Below, in pieces: positions 12,522 through 27,000 of a stretch of 64,000 nt of DNA. The notes under the pieces were generated by a model, which made no database searches, was not told where the DNA came from, and worked only from the letters and a program-made list of their open reading frames with translations. The first letter of the stretch is position 1; the number at the start of each line of letters is the position of its first letter. The translations under genes were made by a program, and so were the position numbers. Source of the DNA: Paraspadella gotoi (Eukaryota; Animalia; Chaetognatha); the NCBI GenBank assembly GCA_051294375.1, contig CM119264.1, forward strand, positions 10,887,832 to 10,951,831, given 5' to 3'.

Positions 12522-15500
12522 ATGTTTTCGGCAACGATAGTGAAAAAAACCCTTGCAAACAACATTTTATGTCGGTCAATAATACCGCAATGCATTTCAG
12601 TAGCCCCGGTGGCTGCAACGGCATCTCTTGGTCGAACCTATCGTTCCGACAACAGCGCATATGGCTTTAAAGAAGCGAAATTGGAGCAAAATGAAATCGA
12701 GGAGGTCAGGTTTCCCAAACTGCAGCTTCTAGTTGACGCCTATCGAGAGTTCGGTCATTTGGAGGCCGAGACGAATCTCTTGGCAAATCGACCAGAAATG
12801 ACGATCATCAAAAGACTTTTGGATGCAAGGGTTTCGGAGATAGAAGATAAAGATGTCAGGGAACAAGACTTGATTCCAGTCTTCAAAGAATTATCAACCA
12901 GAAAGGTAAATAAAACAATTTCAAATTATACTAGTCTTTTTTTAATAAATCATTATTATTCAGAACATTGTGGAATTCCTTGAAAGAACATATTGCAGCT
13001 CCGTTGGCATCGAATTCACTCATTTGCAAAATCTCGAGGAAAGAAGGTGGCTTGCTGAAGCTTTTGAGTCCTCTCAGGTATCAAGGGTAAAAAATATTAT
13101 TCAAACACGGCGGAAGTTGCACTTTAAAAAACGTATATTTGAATAAATTTTCAAATTTTTTTTTAGGGTTTAAAACCCAGTATAACGCAAGAGAGGAAGA
13201 TTGCATTGGCAATATTGATGCTGAAATGTCAGGCCTATGATCAATTCCTCGCGACCAAATTTTCTTCCGTTAAGGCAAGTCAACAGAACTATTTTAACTT
13301 TACCTACTTTCTTCCGTAAAAAAGAAGAACAAGAGCAAAAGTACATAAATAAATTGGTACATAGCTTGAAAAATTAAAAAAAGTTCGAGTTTTTAAAGAT
13401 GGCTGGCCGAAAAACTTATGGCGTTTATGGTAAGATGTCCTTCCAATTTACATTTTACTTTTTTCTACTTCAAACTTAAGCTTCGATTACTTTACAAATT
13501 CTTTTTCATTCTTTTATGATTATTTTTTTTCATTTTTTATATATCAGCGCTATGGCGGGGAGGGGGCGGAAACGATGATGGCTTTCTTCGACGCGGCGTT
13601 TTCTCATGCTGTTGCCAACGATTTGAAGCAGGTCGTGATGTGCATGCCGCACCGCGGTCGCAACAATCTACTTGCTTGCATGTTAAATTTTCCACCGGCG
13701 CTCATGTTTAGAAAAATTCGTGGGAAGTATGAATTTCCTGAGGAAGTTAAGGGATCCGGAGACGTTTTATCTCATCTCTGCTCTTCGACGGATATCAGGT
13801 AAGTAATCTGTGCCCGAACTTTTAACCAAAAAAATCATAGATTCTGTGCTTTTAATTCAGTTATCACGGAAAATCTATCCATGTCACGATGATTCCGAAC
13901 CCATCTCACTTGGAGGCAAATAACCCTGTCGCTGTGGGAAAAACTCGAGCTCGCCAACAAAGTTTGCAAGAGGGGGATTATTCTAAAAATCCGAACGCAA
14001 AAGCTGGGGACGAAGTCATATGTATTCAAGTTCACGGCGATGCTTCTTTTGCCGGTCAAGGCATTGTTCCTGAAACGTTTTCTCTGGCTTATTGTCCTCA
14101 CTTTCGAGTTGGCGGTAGCATTCATCTAATCGTGAACAACCAGATCGGGTGAATTTATATTCTCGGCAAATTTTCTTTGCATTTTTAAATCTGTAAAATT
14201 AAAAATGACTTTTCTTATTTCGGGGTGGTTAGGGTTAGGAGGGTTTAGGGTTAGAGTAATTAAGTAATATTTTTTTTTAAATAAATATTTTCAAATGATT
14301 TTTCAAAAGCCGCCATAACCGCGTTCGGCGAAAGTAAAATTTAGCCAACAAAATATCTGATTAATAACTTAGTAACTATTTCACTCTTAAAAGTTACACG
14401 ACGGAGGCCGAACGTGGTCGATCATCTACCTACGCCAGCGATGTGGCCAAGATGATCGGATGTCCGGTGCTCCACGTTAATGCTGAATATCCCGAAGATT
14501 TATTTAGAGCGACGAATCTCGCTGTGGATTATCGCATGAGATTCAGGTGGGAAATTACACAATTTTAAAAAGTTGAACATGGAGAAAAATAATTTTTCGC
14601 TTTTTGCTCCGAAGGAAAGACATTGTTATTGACTTAATCTGCTTCCGTCGTTGGGGACACAATGAGCTGGACGACCCGACATTTACCCAACCGCTCATGT
14701 ACGACTTAATTCGTAACCGACAAAGTCTGCCCGACAGATACGCTTCGTCGCTCATCTCAGACGGGGTGACGACGAAAGAGCGGCTGTTTCAATCTGTCGA
14801 CGAATGGCAAAAATTTCTTGGATTAGAGCTTGAACGCGCGGATACATTTACTGTACCTCAGCAACATCTTAATAAGCAATGGAGCGGCTTAGTCCAAGGT
14901 GAAGTATATCTTGATATCCTCGAGCGCTTATTTCTCATTTTTCGATCAAGATGAAAGCAGTAAAAATTGAAATTTACATTCTTTTAATCTTTAGCATCAA
15001 CTTCTATAACCACTTGGGACACTGGCGTTGAAATCGAACTGTTAAAATTTATCGGGGCCAAATCTGTAGAATTTCCATCCGAATTTTCGGTTCACGAACG
15101 ACTGCTCCGATTTCACGTAAAAGACAGACTGGAATCTGTCACGATGGGTGTTGGGATCGATTGGGCAACAGCAGAGGCATTGGCCGTTGGCTCTCTCCTT
15201 CTTCAAGGTTTCAACGTTAGAATCTCGGGTCAGGACGTTGGACGTGGAACCTTCAGTCAGCGTCACGCCATGTTGGTCGATCAAAAAACAGATAAAATTT
15301 ATATTCCGCTCAATCACATGATTCAAGATCAAAACAAGTTCGAGGTTGCAAATAGCATTTTGTCCGAAGAAGCCGTGCTAGGTTTTGAGTACGGATTTTC
15401 GATAGAAAATCCTAAAAATTTCGTGATATGGGAGGCGCAATTCGGCGACTTTTTCAACGGTGCTCAAACAATTATTGATACGTAAGTTTGATTTTTTTCC

Positions 15501-16912
15501 GCCCAAAATTTCTAACATATGAAAAAGAAATTACGTTCTACTCCTGAAGTCATTAACTTAATATTATTTACGATTGCAGCTATGTATCATCTGGTGAAAG
15601 TAAATGGCTGCTTCAAAGCGCACTGACATTGCTTTTACCTCATGGTTACGACGGTATGGGACCAGAACATACATCGTGCCGTGTGGAACGATTTCTGCAG
15701 CTAACTGATTCTGATGAAGCTGGTATCGATGGAGATGACGTAAATCTTCAAGTAAAAAATTTATTTAGTACTACATAATTAAATGCAAGCTATTCAAACA
15801 CTTTATTATGAGTATTGAAATGACCAAAAGGAGTGAGGATCTTGCCTCTCTGTTGGTGGTAATAGCCCCCACATTTGCACGCTTAATGTGCCATTTATGT
15901 CTGGGAGATTTTTCCGTCAGTTGCCTTTCTTTCCGGATCGGGAACTTGAAACCAGTGGTTAAACCGGCCCGTCCCTCTTTTTGGCCCGGGCTAGAACCCG
16001 GACCATTGGATTCGGAGATGAAGCGTTAGTCCAATGTGCTGTTACGGCTCTGATTGGAAGAAACGGTCACTACAGTAAAACACTTTTTTTAGATTGCGAA
16101 TCCGACTACTCCCTCGCAATATTTTCATCTTTTGCGGCGTCAGATGGTTCGTAATTTCCGTAAGCCTCTTGTGGTCATGTCACCTAAGATGCTGCTGCGC
16201 CATCCTGCTTGCGTTTCAACTCTTTCGGAAATGTCTCCAGGTAAATTTTTAAGTTTCATGATATTAGGATTATTGAGAATTATTTCTGCATTATGTACAT
16301 ACATTATATAGATAAAAAACTAAATTCCAGGCTCACATTTTCATTCCGTTCTGGGTGACGATAAAGTTTCCGACTATCGTTCTGTAAAGCGGATTATTTT
16401 TGTTTGTGGCAAACATTATTACGCACTTGATAAAGAACGGGAAGCGCAGGTGGGAATCGGTGAAAAGTAAAGAGCATGTTCCCGTAATCATGATGATTAT
16501 CTCCAGGATAAACTGTTTGATAACATTGATTTCAGAATTATAAGAACGTTGCAATTGTTCGTTTGGAAGAAATCTCCCCTTTTCCCATCACACGTCTACA
16601 AGAAGAAGTTAAACGGTAATTGCTAAAAACGAAGCCGCTAAAAGTTATTTTTATGTATTGATCTATGGTAAATTTTTTCTTCCTTTCTCATTCCTCAGTT
16701 ATCCAAACGCAAAAGAGTTTGTTTGGGCCCAGGAAGAACAGCGTAACAGCGGTGTTTGGACTTTTGTAGCTCCTAGATTCGAGAATCTAGTAGGAGTGAA
16801 ACTTGTTTACGTTGGAAGAGGACCACTTGCCACGCCGGCAACTGCTGTCGGGGAACGGCATAAGATTGAGGCGGAAGAAGTTGTGAAGGAACCATTTCGA
16901 ATTAAACTTTGA
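12522..16912 (+). CDS. DHTKD1: 2-oxoadipate dehydrogenase E1 (DHTKD1, OGDH family), mitochondrial; about 13 exons
   Basis: [101 protein letters not shown]; basic, Ser-rich N-terminus resembling a targeting peptide. Confidence 0.95.
14218..14336. mobile_element. Short MITE-like element with telomere-like TTAGGG island (family shared with 28794-28942 and 18117-18658)
   Basis: ggttagggttaggagggtttagggttag core and the right end ccgcgttcggcgaaagta match the 28794 copy. Confidence 0.65.
15825..16050 (-). mobile_element. tRNA-derived SINE-like element in a DHTKD1 intron
   Basis: Minus-strand head has an A-box-like 'cagcacattgg' and a B-box-like 'ggttctagccc'. There is no intact cloverleaf, and the GC-richer body shares short motifs with 29040-29198. 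Confidence 0.6.
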
Positions 16913-17369
16913 ATGATTGTTTTCGTTTTCTTTGAATTGTACTTTTTAATAAAGACTTAGGTCTAGATACTATATTATTTAATGTCTCAATAGGTCGCTC
17001 AGAAATATTTCAACGAATTGTTTAAATACCAGACAGGAAACTGACATTAGCTATGGTTCACTCAAGAATTTTTATTACATTTGAATTGTAATTAAAGCGA
17101 ATTTTGGTATTTGTCACAAAACTGTCTTAACTGACATTGCCATCCATGGGGTTTATTTTTTATTTATCGAAATAAATCCGACAGTCGCATAGAAATAACT
17201 AAAGCCCCTTAAAATTTCAGAAACCCAGAAAAAAATTTTAAAAGTTGACCTTTAATTTTAACTCCTTAAATGGTAACAATTTGCAAAAAAAAATAAAAAT
17301 TCATAACGTGTAAAGGTTAGGTTTATATATGATTTTTATGATATATATATAAAATCTTTTCATAAAATA

Positions 17370-17412
17370 ATCGTACACGTTTCGACTGTAAATTCGAGTC
17401 TTCATCAGCGCT
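17370..17412 (-). ncRNA. Minimal type I hammerhead ribozyme motif (Penelope-like)
   Basis: Minus strand reads cg CTGATGA a gac(tcgaatttaca)gtc GAAA cgtg TA cg. Confidence 0.7.
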
Positions 17413-18116
17413 TAGACGGCTACAGGAGGACTCCACCATCCCTGCTCAAAAAATGGCAAGAGTGGACACCGTGAGGTGTATCGGGCTGTCGGCAGGTATA
17501 TCAGACCTGGTAGATATTAGGCTGGCATTTGGTTTGTTACTCGTTACGGTCCATACGAGTTCTACCCTACTATGACCCGACACTTCATGCGACCGGGTGG
17601 GGGCCAACTTAATTTTTGAACTCTTTCTTAACTCTTATATTGCATATTTATCTTCACTTTATTTTTATTATTTACAATTCAAAGTTTTTCCAATTTTTAT
17701 CTTTGTTGTACAATGTACATTGCTCAAATGTAAATTTTATGAACTCTCTCTCCCTCTTTTCTCTCTGACCAAAAATTTCACTTCTTTTCAGAACTTATTC
17801 AATATGGCCTTACCTAAAATCTGTCGTCAACACTAACCACTAGAGTCTAGAGCGTTGTGAAAGTTACGTACGAAAATTCTAAAAGTCAATTATAAACAAC
17901 ATACTGTAAAAGTCGCCTCAATACTATCAATAAATATTATTTTGTTTTTTTTAATTTTCGCATTAGGCTATATAAAGTACAAAAGATTTTGATTCTTCTT
18001 TTATGCTCTGTAGTAGAAACTATTATATGATAAAACGATTGTCATTTTTCGCTTTAACCTAAAAATATAGAACATTTTACAAAAGTTTTTTATAAGGATT
18101 TTACAAAAGAAAATTC

Positions 18117-18658
18117 GGCTTATTTTTACATTCGCCGACCGGGATTTTGCCGTCGGTTATTTGTTTTTTTCGCTTCTTATGTGCGACATATAGAAATCTC
18201 GTTACTCAAAAATAAAAAACTGGTAAGGGTAGAAAAACATTTTCTTACTACCCCTAACCAGCCATAACCCAATTGCTAACCATTTAAAAAATATAATATA
18301 AAAATATTCTTTTTCTTTTTTTTTTCCTTATTTATGTACGAGTTTTATAGTATATATATTAACACTGTAAATGTTAGAATTTTAATGTTTTTTGTAAGAT
18401 TTTTTTACAGATTTGGATTTGTTAAAAAGAGTTGATAATGAAATAAATTTTGATTGATGTTAAAATATATCCGAGCTTTGTTTCTTAATAAAACTCAAAA
18501 AATTCATTTTTACCTCAAACAAATAACGCAATAAAATGAAAAAAAATAATATTTTGATGTTAATTTTTTTTTTCCGTAATAAGATTTCTATATGTTGCTA
18601 CTAAGAAGCAAAAAATAACTGACCGCAAAATCCCGGTCGGCGAATGTAAAAATAAGCC
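18117..18658. mobile_element. MITE with ~95-bp imperfect terminal inverted repeats
   Basis: ggcttatttttacattcgccgaccgggattttgc ... gcaaaatcccggtcggcgaatgtaaaaataagcc; a solo end also occurs at ~8137-8163. Confidence 0.9.
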
Positions 18659-18939
18659 ATAATTTTTATAAAAGAATTCGATTTCTTTTTAAGTCAAAAA
18701 TCAGAAAAACCTATATTTTAATTAAAAATTAAATTTTTACCTATTAACTTTTTTTTTTTTTAATTTTTAACCCAATTAATGAAAAAAATGATTTATATTT
18801 TCGTTCATCGAGAATTTTGAGTGAAGAAATCTGATTGGTAGACATCGTGCAATTTCTCTCTTTTCAAATTCCTTCACCCTCTTTCCCTATCCTTAACTTA
18901 ACCTGTCTTCACCTCTGACCACTATCCTTTTATCAATTC

Positions 18940-19060
18940 TTTATTGGAAAATCTCTCTCTCTTACCAACTTAAAGTTTGTGAAACGACGTTATTGGATCA
19001 CATCATCGCCGATCAAACTAGCAAACCAAGAGTCGAAATATGTCCGATTTTAACGCTAAA
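18940..19060 (+). repeat. Degenerate copy of a hammerhead-bearing dispersed repeat (homologous to 23590-23735)
   Basis: Shared 'ttggaaa-ctctctctct...gtttgtgaa...atcg C(C/T)GAT(C/G)A ... agtc(G/A)AAATATGTCcga'; catalytic core mutated (CCGATCA). Confidence 0.6.
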
Positions 19061-19967
19061 TAATTCCTTTTCTCTTAAATGAAGAAATCTAAATTAGTCC
19101 TAATCTTCTGCATCAGTGATGTAATGGAGTTTAAGCCCTGCTCGGAAATACCCTACCATATGTGGCGACTATTTTAACTTTTAAACCACCGTTACAAGCT
19201 TTCTTCCAATAATATGTTTAAAAAGCTTTCTTCCAATAATATGTTTAAAAATATTTCGGCCCAAAAAACCTCAAAAAACAAAAATTAGTTAATACAAGTT
19301 TGAGATTAATTAAGTTACTTCTAATATTATTTTCGACTGCTAAAACGCCATAAATGAAAGCGATATAAATGACCATTTATATTTTCATTTGAATAGGAGC
19401 GCCACATGCAAAAAATAAATCACTTGACATGGTAGCTAAGTTTTAAGGTCAAATAGTGAATGGAAAAGTATAAAAGTGAAATGAGGATAAAGGCAGCGAT
19501 TTTGTACTTAACTACTGTTAAAATTGATAAGGATACGTTGTAACTTGAGAATCAGCTTTAAATCACAGCCCGTTTGCTTCCGTTTGGAGAACAGGAATTT
19601 TTATGAGCGAAGCAGATTAGATGGATTTCTACAGTAGTGATGATTGATGAGGTATGATGCGCAGGTTTTGATAATCTTTCACCCCACTGGCTAAGGTCAA
19701 TTTCGCGAGAAAAACATTTAGAAAATTATTTTACTTGAACTAGTAACTACCGAACTTAAATTTAAAGAAAGGAGTTCAAAATTTTGATCATAGAATGTGT
19801 AAACATTTTTAGGAAAAAAGGGAAAGATGTAAACTTAAAGAACTTTCTTATTGTAATTCGAATTATAAACCTATAGCTAGCGCCAGAAGGATCATAATCA
19901 TTAAAATAACTTTTAATAGGTAAAATCCATTTAATAAAACTAAAATTCAAAAAACCCTAAAAAGGTA

Positions 19968-21788
19968 TTAAATGAGGGTCCCTGTATTCAAATCGCCATG
20001 ACGTTGTTCATCCATCGGGCACAGACCTTCCCTTTCGACGCTTCCTCTCAACGGAGTCGTCGAGGAGGAATTTCCGGCGTCGATAAACTGCAATGGAGTG
20101 GGAGTCAATGCGCGAGAAGTCAACGCCAACGCCGTAGAAATGGCAGTTTGAAGCCGGGTCGAGCTGTGTGTCGACCCTTCAGTCGACCTGACTTGCTGCT
20201 GCGAAGATCCCTGCATTTCTTGATTATCGTTGGAACTCGCTCTCTGATAATTAAGCCCAACCACGACTTCAACGTAAGCGGGATCCAATTCTATAAAATC
20301 GACTATCACAATATTGATGCCGTGATGAGGCTCTACTGGCTTTCGGCGAAGCCAATCCACAACAGCTGCAGTGGCAGAGTGAGCAAAGTGATCTTTCAAC
20401 GACGATGTCATATGGCCTAAAAGCGTGTAGACCGTAGGGGTCAACACTCCCTGATGAACGTAAAAAGTTGCGTTACGATTGGAGTAGTGATAATTGTGTT
20501 CCAGAAAATCGATGAGATCTTTAACTCGGGTACTCCGTGGCCACGGCGAGGGTATCATTTCTCCGGGCCACAGGAAATCGATGGACGGTTGAAGAGCCTA
20601 ATGATTAAAAAATATTAACCATCCAGCTAAAAAAGGGTTAAGATTGAAAAGAAGTAAACTTACGTTTGGAGTAGAAACCCCACTTTTAACGTGATGATAA
20701 AAGATGATGACTTGTTGCTTCTTGCGCCAGAGTTCGTTTAAGGTTACAGTTTTCAAATCCGCAGTTACAGGACAAAGCTTGTCCCCAAAAGCGAAAGAGA
20801 TGACTTCGAAAAGATAGCGGTGATGGCGGTCTTCGAGACCATGAAAGTGGTTCATATCGAGAAGGACGATTTCTTTTTCGTGATTGCGCAGCCAATTGGC
20901 GATGGAAATGAGGCAGTCGCGAATATTTCCGCCATAAAATCCATGAACGAGATACAAACCGTCGAAACCAGGCCGGATCGAGATACGGAGGTCGAAATAG
21001 CGAATACCTTGAGTGAACATCCGGCTTTATTTTTCAATATCTTTTAATAAATTGATAGGTAAAATTTGTTTCTTATACGTAAAAACCTAGGTCTAATTGC
21101 TGCGAAAAAGTTTTCTCTTGCGTCTGCGACCATCGGTGCGCTACAGTTTTCGCCCAAGCTCCCAAAACCTTCAATACATCGCGATAGATCTCGGGAGCAT
21201 CAGGGTGAAGGCCCCCCTCACGATCCAACGTGGCAGTGCATGAGTCATGCGATCCGGGGATGGAAATCTAAATGTAAAATTAACCCAATTATATTTTAAT
21301 ATTTTATACAGGTTCAAATAGCGATTTAACATATTTATTCATTCTTATATTTAAAAGAAATCATTTGCCTTATTAAGTGGAACATCATGAAGATCAGTCG
21401 GAAGTACGCCCATCCAGTCGGAATACTTCATGGATACAAAGGAGATATAATTCTGAGATAAATAAACGTCCACGTCTTGGAGGTCGTCGTCGTCCGGATC
21501 CTCCGACGGTCCCAAACCGCATAGCAAACTTGATCTCCGCTTGTGTCTATTCCCGCTCTGAGAAACACGAGGAGCTACGGAGGCGTTACATTGAATCTCG
21601 AGATCCGTGTGACGCACGTCCACCGAATTCACAGAAACATCTGAATAAATGCCTTCGCGTTTGTCTGTCGTCCGGATCGACTCATTCTCCGCGCGAAATT
21701 GACTCATTTCTGACCCGCATCGAGTCTCCTTTTCCGGCCCATCCACGGGCAAAGACGGAAGCTGCCGAGGAACACGATTAGCCGCCAT
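19968..21788 (-). CDS. PLCXD: PI-PLC X domain-containing protein (PLCXD family), 4 exons
   Basis: WMGVLP...PLNK|ISIPGSHDS, RWSQTQ, QQLDLGIRYFDLR, HEKEIVLLDMNH, FYVHQGVLTP, GINIVIVDF. Confidence 0.92.
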
Positions 21789-23589
21789 TTCCTTCTTTCT
21801 TTGCCGACATCCGTACCGGATGTCATCCCCGAAGTTACCTTGAACAATGCAATATGAGTCCGATATTTCTTAGGTCGGGGACCGAAACCGAAAAGTCATT
21901 TCTTAGTTTTTGTTTTTTGTTTTTTTTCTGAAAGGCATCCGTTTGCAAACATTTTGTATAACACCCATGTTAGTATTCATATAAAAATTACGGCTAATTT
22001 ATTAGTCTAAATCCTTTCTAATTTTTATTTGATTTTAAATATATTAACTTAACATTATAATTACTATTCGCTGATAAAGAACTGCTGCCGGTATCGAACG
22101 AGCAGCTCCCTCTCGTTCCATTTTCGTGAAGCATATAAGAAAACCTGAAGCCGAAACCCTTTATCAAATATGCAATTACGCATAAAATAATAAACAATGG
22201 CTATGCACTCCATTTAAATTTATAACGTGTTTATCATTTTTCAGCTATAGATAATTCCAATTATACCCACAAAGTAGCATAATTCTTAACTCTTTCCTTA
22301 AAAGGAACTACTTTATTCTCCTGCGAGTTCGTTAGTAAAATGGTGGAAGTCATCAGAAAGAAGATGCACTCACGGAAAAAACCTTCAAGAAAACTGCTCT
22401 GATGTCTGCGCTGGCTCTCCTGGAGGCTGGTAACGATTTCAACTTGAAGATCTACGGAATTTAATCTCTAAAGTAAGTAATCTCCTGATTTTGGATGCTC
22501 GAAGTATTTTTTCCCCAGTTTTATTATATTTTTATATCTCTTGTATTACTCCGCGTGGTTGTGTGTTTCATACTTGACGTCGCTTAGACCGGCTGGAGGT
22601 CATTGGGATTGAAATGGCAAGGTTCTTTTATTATTATTCTTTTATTTAATGAAAAGAGATTAAAAGAAAGTGCTCCACATTATTTGAAATTTAGTTATCC
22701 TGGTTTCTACTAGAAATTCTAGTTGAGAAAATGATTTAGATTTAGAATCATGTTTCTATTATAATTATTAGCTTGTACAAATTTCATTTTGCTCTGTTTT
22801 AATTTGTCTTCGCTATGAGTTTAGAAACATGTCCCATTGGCATTGCTCACTCATTATCCTAGTCATAATCTTGTATTATTTAAAATTTGGCATTCCTGGG
22901 ATTAATACGCTCCAGAGGACTATGGATAAACGAAGAGCAAGGTTTTTCTTAAAGAATTAATGGAAAAAGAAGAACAAAAAGGAACGGAAGAGGATAATTT
23001 TTTAGAAAAAAAATTTAAGGAATTAAGATATCTTATTTTTTTAATATTTGTTATTATTTTTGTTATAGTAATATATGAGTAAAAATTAAGGTTATGATAA
23101 ATTAAGGTTAAGTATAAATTAAGAATAAGTGTAAGCTATAAAAAAAGTAAATAAGATCGGTAATTCCAATATGTTACGCCCCAGTGACTTTATTTTCACA
23201 TGTATTTCTCTTTGATCACATGATATGATATGACATGACATGATTAAAAAACTTTTTTGCCCATGTATTTATGACATGCATTGCATCAAAATTTCGTTTT
23301 TTATTCTTTATAGTTTTAGGAATTCCTGAAGGCGGCGCTAGCAGTCCCTTAGATTTGAGGTTTTTTCTGTTTTAACAAATGAGCAATCAACTATAAGCAA
23401 TCAACTATAAGCAAATTATATTATTATTATTTTATATTAATAATTATACCGTCCGAAAAGCGAGTACTAGCTGCGTAACTAATAAGTTAGGCGTAAGTTA
23501 GGGTAAGGCGAAAGTTAGGGGTAAGATATAATATTTAAGGAAAACGACAGTTTATTATGGCAGAAACAACGATCTAATAAATAATATAA

Positions 23590-23735
23590 GTTTGTTGGAA
23601 ACTTTCTCTCTCTTTCTCTCTCTCACACCAATTCAATGTTTGTGAACCAAAAACTTAATTAAATCAAATCGCTGATGAAGATTCGAAAAACAAGTCAAAA
23701 TATGTCCGACTTATATTGTTTATTAAATAGTTGTT
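23590..23735 (+). repeat. Hammerhead-bearing dispersed repeat, near-intact motif
   Basis: atcg CTGATGA agatt...agtc AAAA tatg TC cga (GAAA changed to AAAA); homologous to 18940-19060. Confidence 0.6.
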
Positions 23736-24095
23736 TCTGCCATTAAAAACTGTTTAAATCAAAAAATAAAACGTAAAGAGAGATTAACACAATGTTTAAT
23801 AATCTTTATAAAATATTTTTAAAGAATTAAAAGGAATCGACAAAAAATCTTTCGCCCGTGTAGCTTCTCAGTGTTTTTAATAATATTGTTGTTACGGTCT
23901 TAATTTTTCCTTTCTGTAAAGAGCGTATTAAAATCCAGGATCGCCATTAATTACAATCAGTTGAAGATGTACCGTCAAGGGCAAGATCTCATGTTTCGAT
24001 AGCTTGGGATTTGATTTCGGCTTCAAATTTAAATTCATAAAAACATTAAATTTAAAATTTATTCAACTGCTGTTAGGATTTGCCTACTCGTGAAA

Positions 24096-27000
24096 ATGCG
24101 GATCAAGAGGCCGTCGCCGTCGCCCACGCCCCGGTTCCTGGGCCATGCACCATCCACCGGCATGTCCGCGAGGGAGCTCTGTGAAAATGACGATTTTGCA
24201 ACTGCTTTAATTGTGGATCCGGTTCTGGGATTCGTTACCCATAAGATGAATACCAGGTTTCATTTCAGCTTTTCATTTAGCCCAATCTTTATATCTTATA
24301 TCTTAATTACTTCCAGGCACAGACCGATGAATTCTAAACAAACGGAAACGTTGAAATCAATTATCGCCGAATTTTGCAAGCATCAAGATTACGAAAGAAC
24401 TTGGAAACAATTGATAGGAATCGGCGGGGGCTCAACGGGCTTTGCTCACGCAAAGGGTCCTTTCCTTCGAAAACAGATGAACAAGTAACATAACTGAAAC
24501 ATGATTGTCGTAACAAAAAAATACGAAGTCTGAGTTTTTGTTTCAGAAAAAAGCGCGTCGGTCGTTCCATTGGCTCCGCTAGCTCAGACGCGCTAGAAAC
24601 ACTGAAACAACACGTGACCCGATACCTTCACCTATTTGACGCAAAGAGCGGAATCACCATCCAACCATGTTTTAGATATTCCCTAGAAGGCAATACAGGG
24701 GTCAAGCTTGTCGTCACCAGGCCTTGGTAACCTGAAGATAGTAAACTAAATCTACATGAGCTTAAATTTAAAATTATCTGCTAACTGTAGATGGTACTCA
24801 CTACTCGGACATAAAAAAAATTGCAAGAGGAACTATTTTGATTTAGGCATAAGGGGGAAACAATCTCTTTGCTTATCGGATGCATCGCCGAATTATCGGC
24901 GGATGACGAAGCGGAGATACTTAAACCCGGAACGAACGATTTTTCTGTTATGTATTCGACTAGGAAGAACTGCGCTCAGGTTATTTTCAATTTTCACATT
25001 AACCGTGACAAAATATGTATGATGATGAAAAAATCTTACTCTGTTTCGTGTCCGCAGTTATGGCTTGGTCCGGGTTCGTACATCAATCACGATTGTCGAC
25101 CGAACTGCAAGTTCGTGTCGACTGGCCGTGACACGGCCTGCATCCGAGTTTTACGCGACATGAAGCTGGGAGAGGAAATTCTTTGTCATTACGGCGACGA
25201 TTTCTTCGGCGACAACAATTCCCTTTGCGAATGCGTCACTTGCGAACGGTTCGTGGGGCGATGGTGCGGGATTAAAAAAATTAAAAAAACTAAAATATTG
25301 TGTATAGGTTTGCGATAAGAAATTTAACTAAAAGAATTCTTCTGGGCTAATTGATTTTGATCGTGCAGTCGTGGCGCTGGCGCCTACAATGGGAAAGAAG
25401 GGCAAAAAGACGGGCAAAAAGACGAAAATGGCAATCCTCAACCCGCTAGAAGCAGCCCAGTGAAGCGTGGTTACAGTCTGAGGGATACAGACGATAGGCT
25501 GGACCGACTACGAGTTGACAAAACCAAGAACCAAAAAGCCTCTAATGACGACTGCGATCCCAGAGACTTTCTCAGGTTAAGATTTTATCTCCTTTATCCA
25601 AGAATCTACTCGAAATATAATTATATAATTAGGACGAAAACAAAAAAGATAGATCGAGCTATCAAAATCTTATCTGTATGTATAGTAGAGCGTAGTGAAA
25701 GTTACTTACGAAAATTCTTAATGTAAATTGTGAACAACATACCATCAGTGAACATTAATTTGTAAAAAAAATTATGTTCTTCATTTTTGCAGTAGGCTAT
25801 ATTTATATATAGTACTATCCTTTTAAAATCGAAAAATTTCAAAATAGGCTTTTCTTAATTTTGATTGCACATTTGAATTCCTAGTCAAAAGTTGATAAAA
25901 GAAAATATAATATATATATATAATATATATTTAATATAATATATTTTTACAAATTCTTTCATTAAGTGGGTTAAAAATTTTAAAAACTATCTTTAATATA
26001 TAAAATTTTAATTTTCAGCTTAAAATATAAGTTTTTTTTATATTTGATAAACTTAATAAAATCATTTTTAAAAAAGTTATATTTTTTTATATCAACTTTT
26101 CATGACGAATCCAAATCTACAAAAAAATCTTACAAAAAACTATTTTGAAATTTAAACATTTATTAGATTAGTAAATATGGCCTACTGCGTAAATTTAAAT
26201 TTATTATAAAATTTTTTTATTCATAAATGTTCATTTGTATAATGTTGTTCGTTCCTCACTTTTAGAATTTTAATTAAAGTTAAATTAAGAATTTTTACTA
26301 CGCTTTAATGTATAGGCGGGCTACGTTTAAGTGGTTTGCAGAAAGGTTTTTTCAATTAACTGCGTCTTTTTATTTTTTATAACAGCAATTTACAATTGAT
26401 ATCCGGTGCCTCGAGTGAAGATGAAGCGAGCGATTCCTCCAAGGTTGGGCTCCACAACAAAAAGAAAACCGAAGCGCCCCGAAACGCCCTCTTGAGGACG
26501 GCCTGTGAACGACTTCGAAGACAAAAAAACCAAGTCGCTCCAAAGAACGAGCGAACTGTACCTCAACCTTCTACTCGCTCGAGTCAAAGGCTTCGAGTGA
26601 TCTCGGCGACGACAACATCCCCATCTCATGGTGCGTCGCTTCGCCATCCGCTTAAACGCCGACTAGCCTCACAACAACCGGAGGATGACGAAGCTCTGCC
26701 ATCGAGACCAAAGAGCCTACGACTTCGAAGATCGTTTTCCCGGCCACTGTTGACGGAAGCAAAAAAGGAACGAACTCGTAAAAAATCTTCATCTTATGGG
26801 TCCAAAAGCGATTCCTTGCCGACTCGGTCAAGACCGACCATACATGTCGTCGAAGAAACTAATGTTTACAAATCTCCACCGGATCGCCTCCGCCGTCGAT
26901 CGTCCGGCAGAAAAACTCTTCCACTTCTCAAAGTGGATGCCTCTCCATCGGCCTCGCCTTCATCTTGTTCTCCCTCGCCCGTCGAAACCGACGTCAAATT

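Noticed and set aside
15983-16050. tRNA gene
   Set aside because: Only A/B boxes; acceptor and anticodon stems do not pair. The same applies to 29130-29198.
22340-23980. Upstream coding exons or uORFs for SUV4-20 (22340-22472, 23939-23980)
   Set aside because: Splice sites are plausible but there is an in-frame stop and a GC donor is required; no homology support
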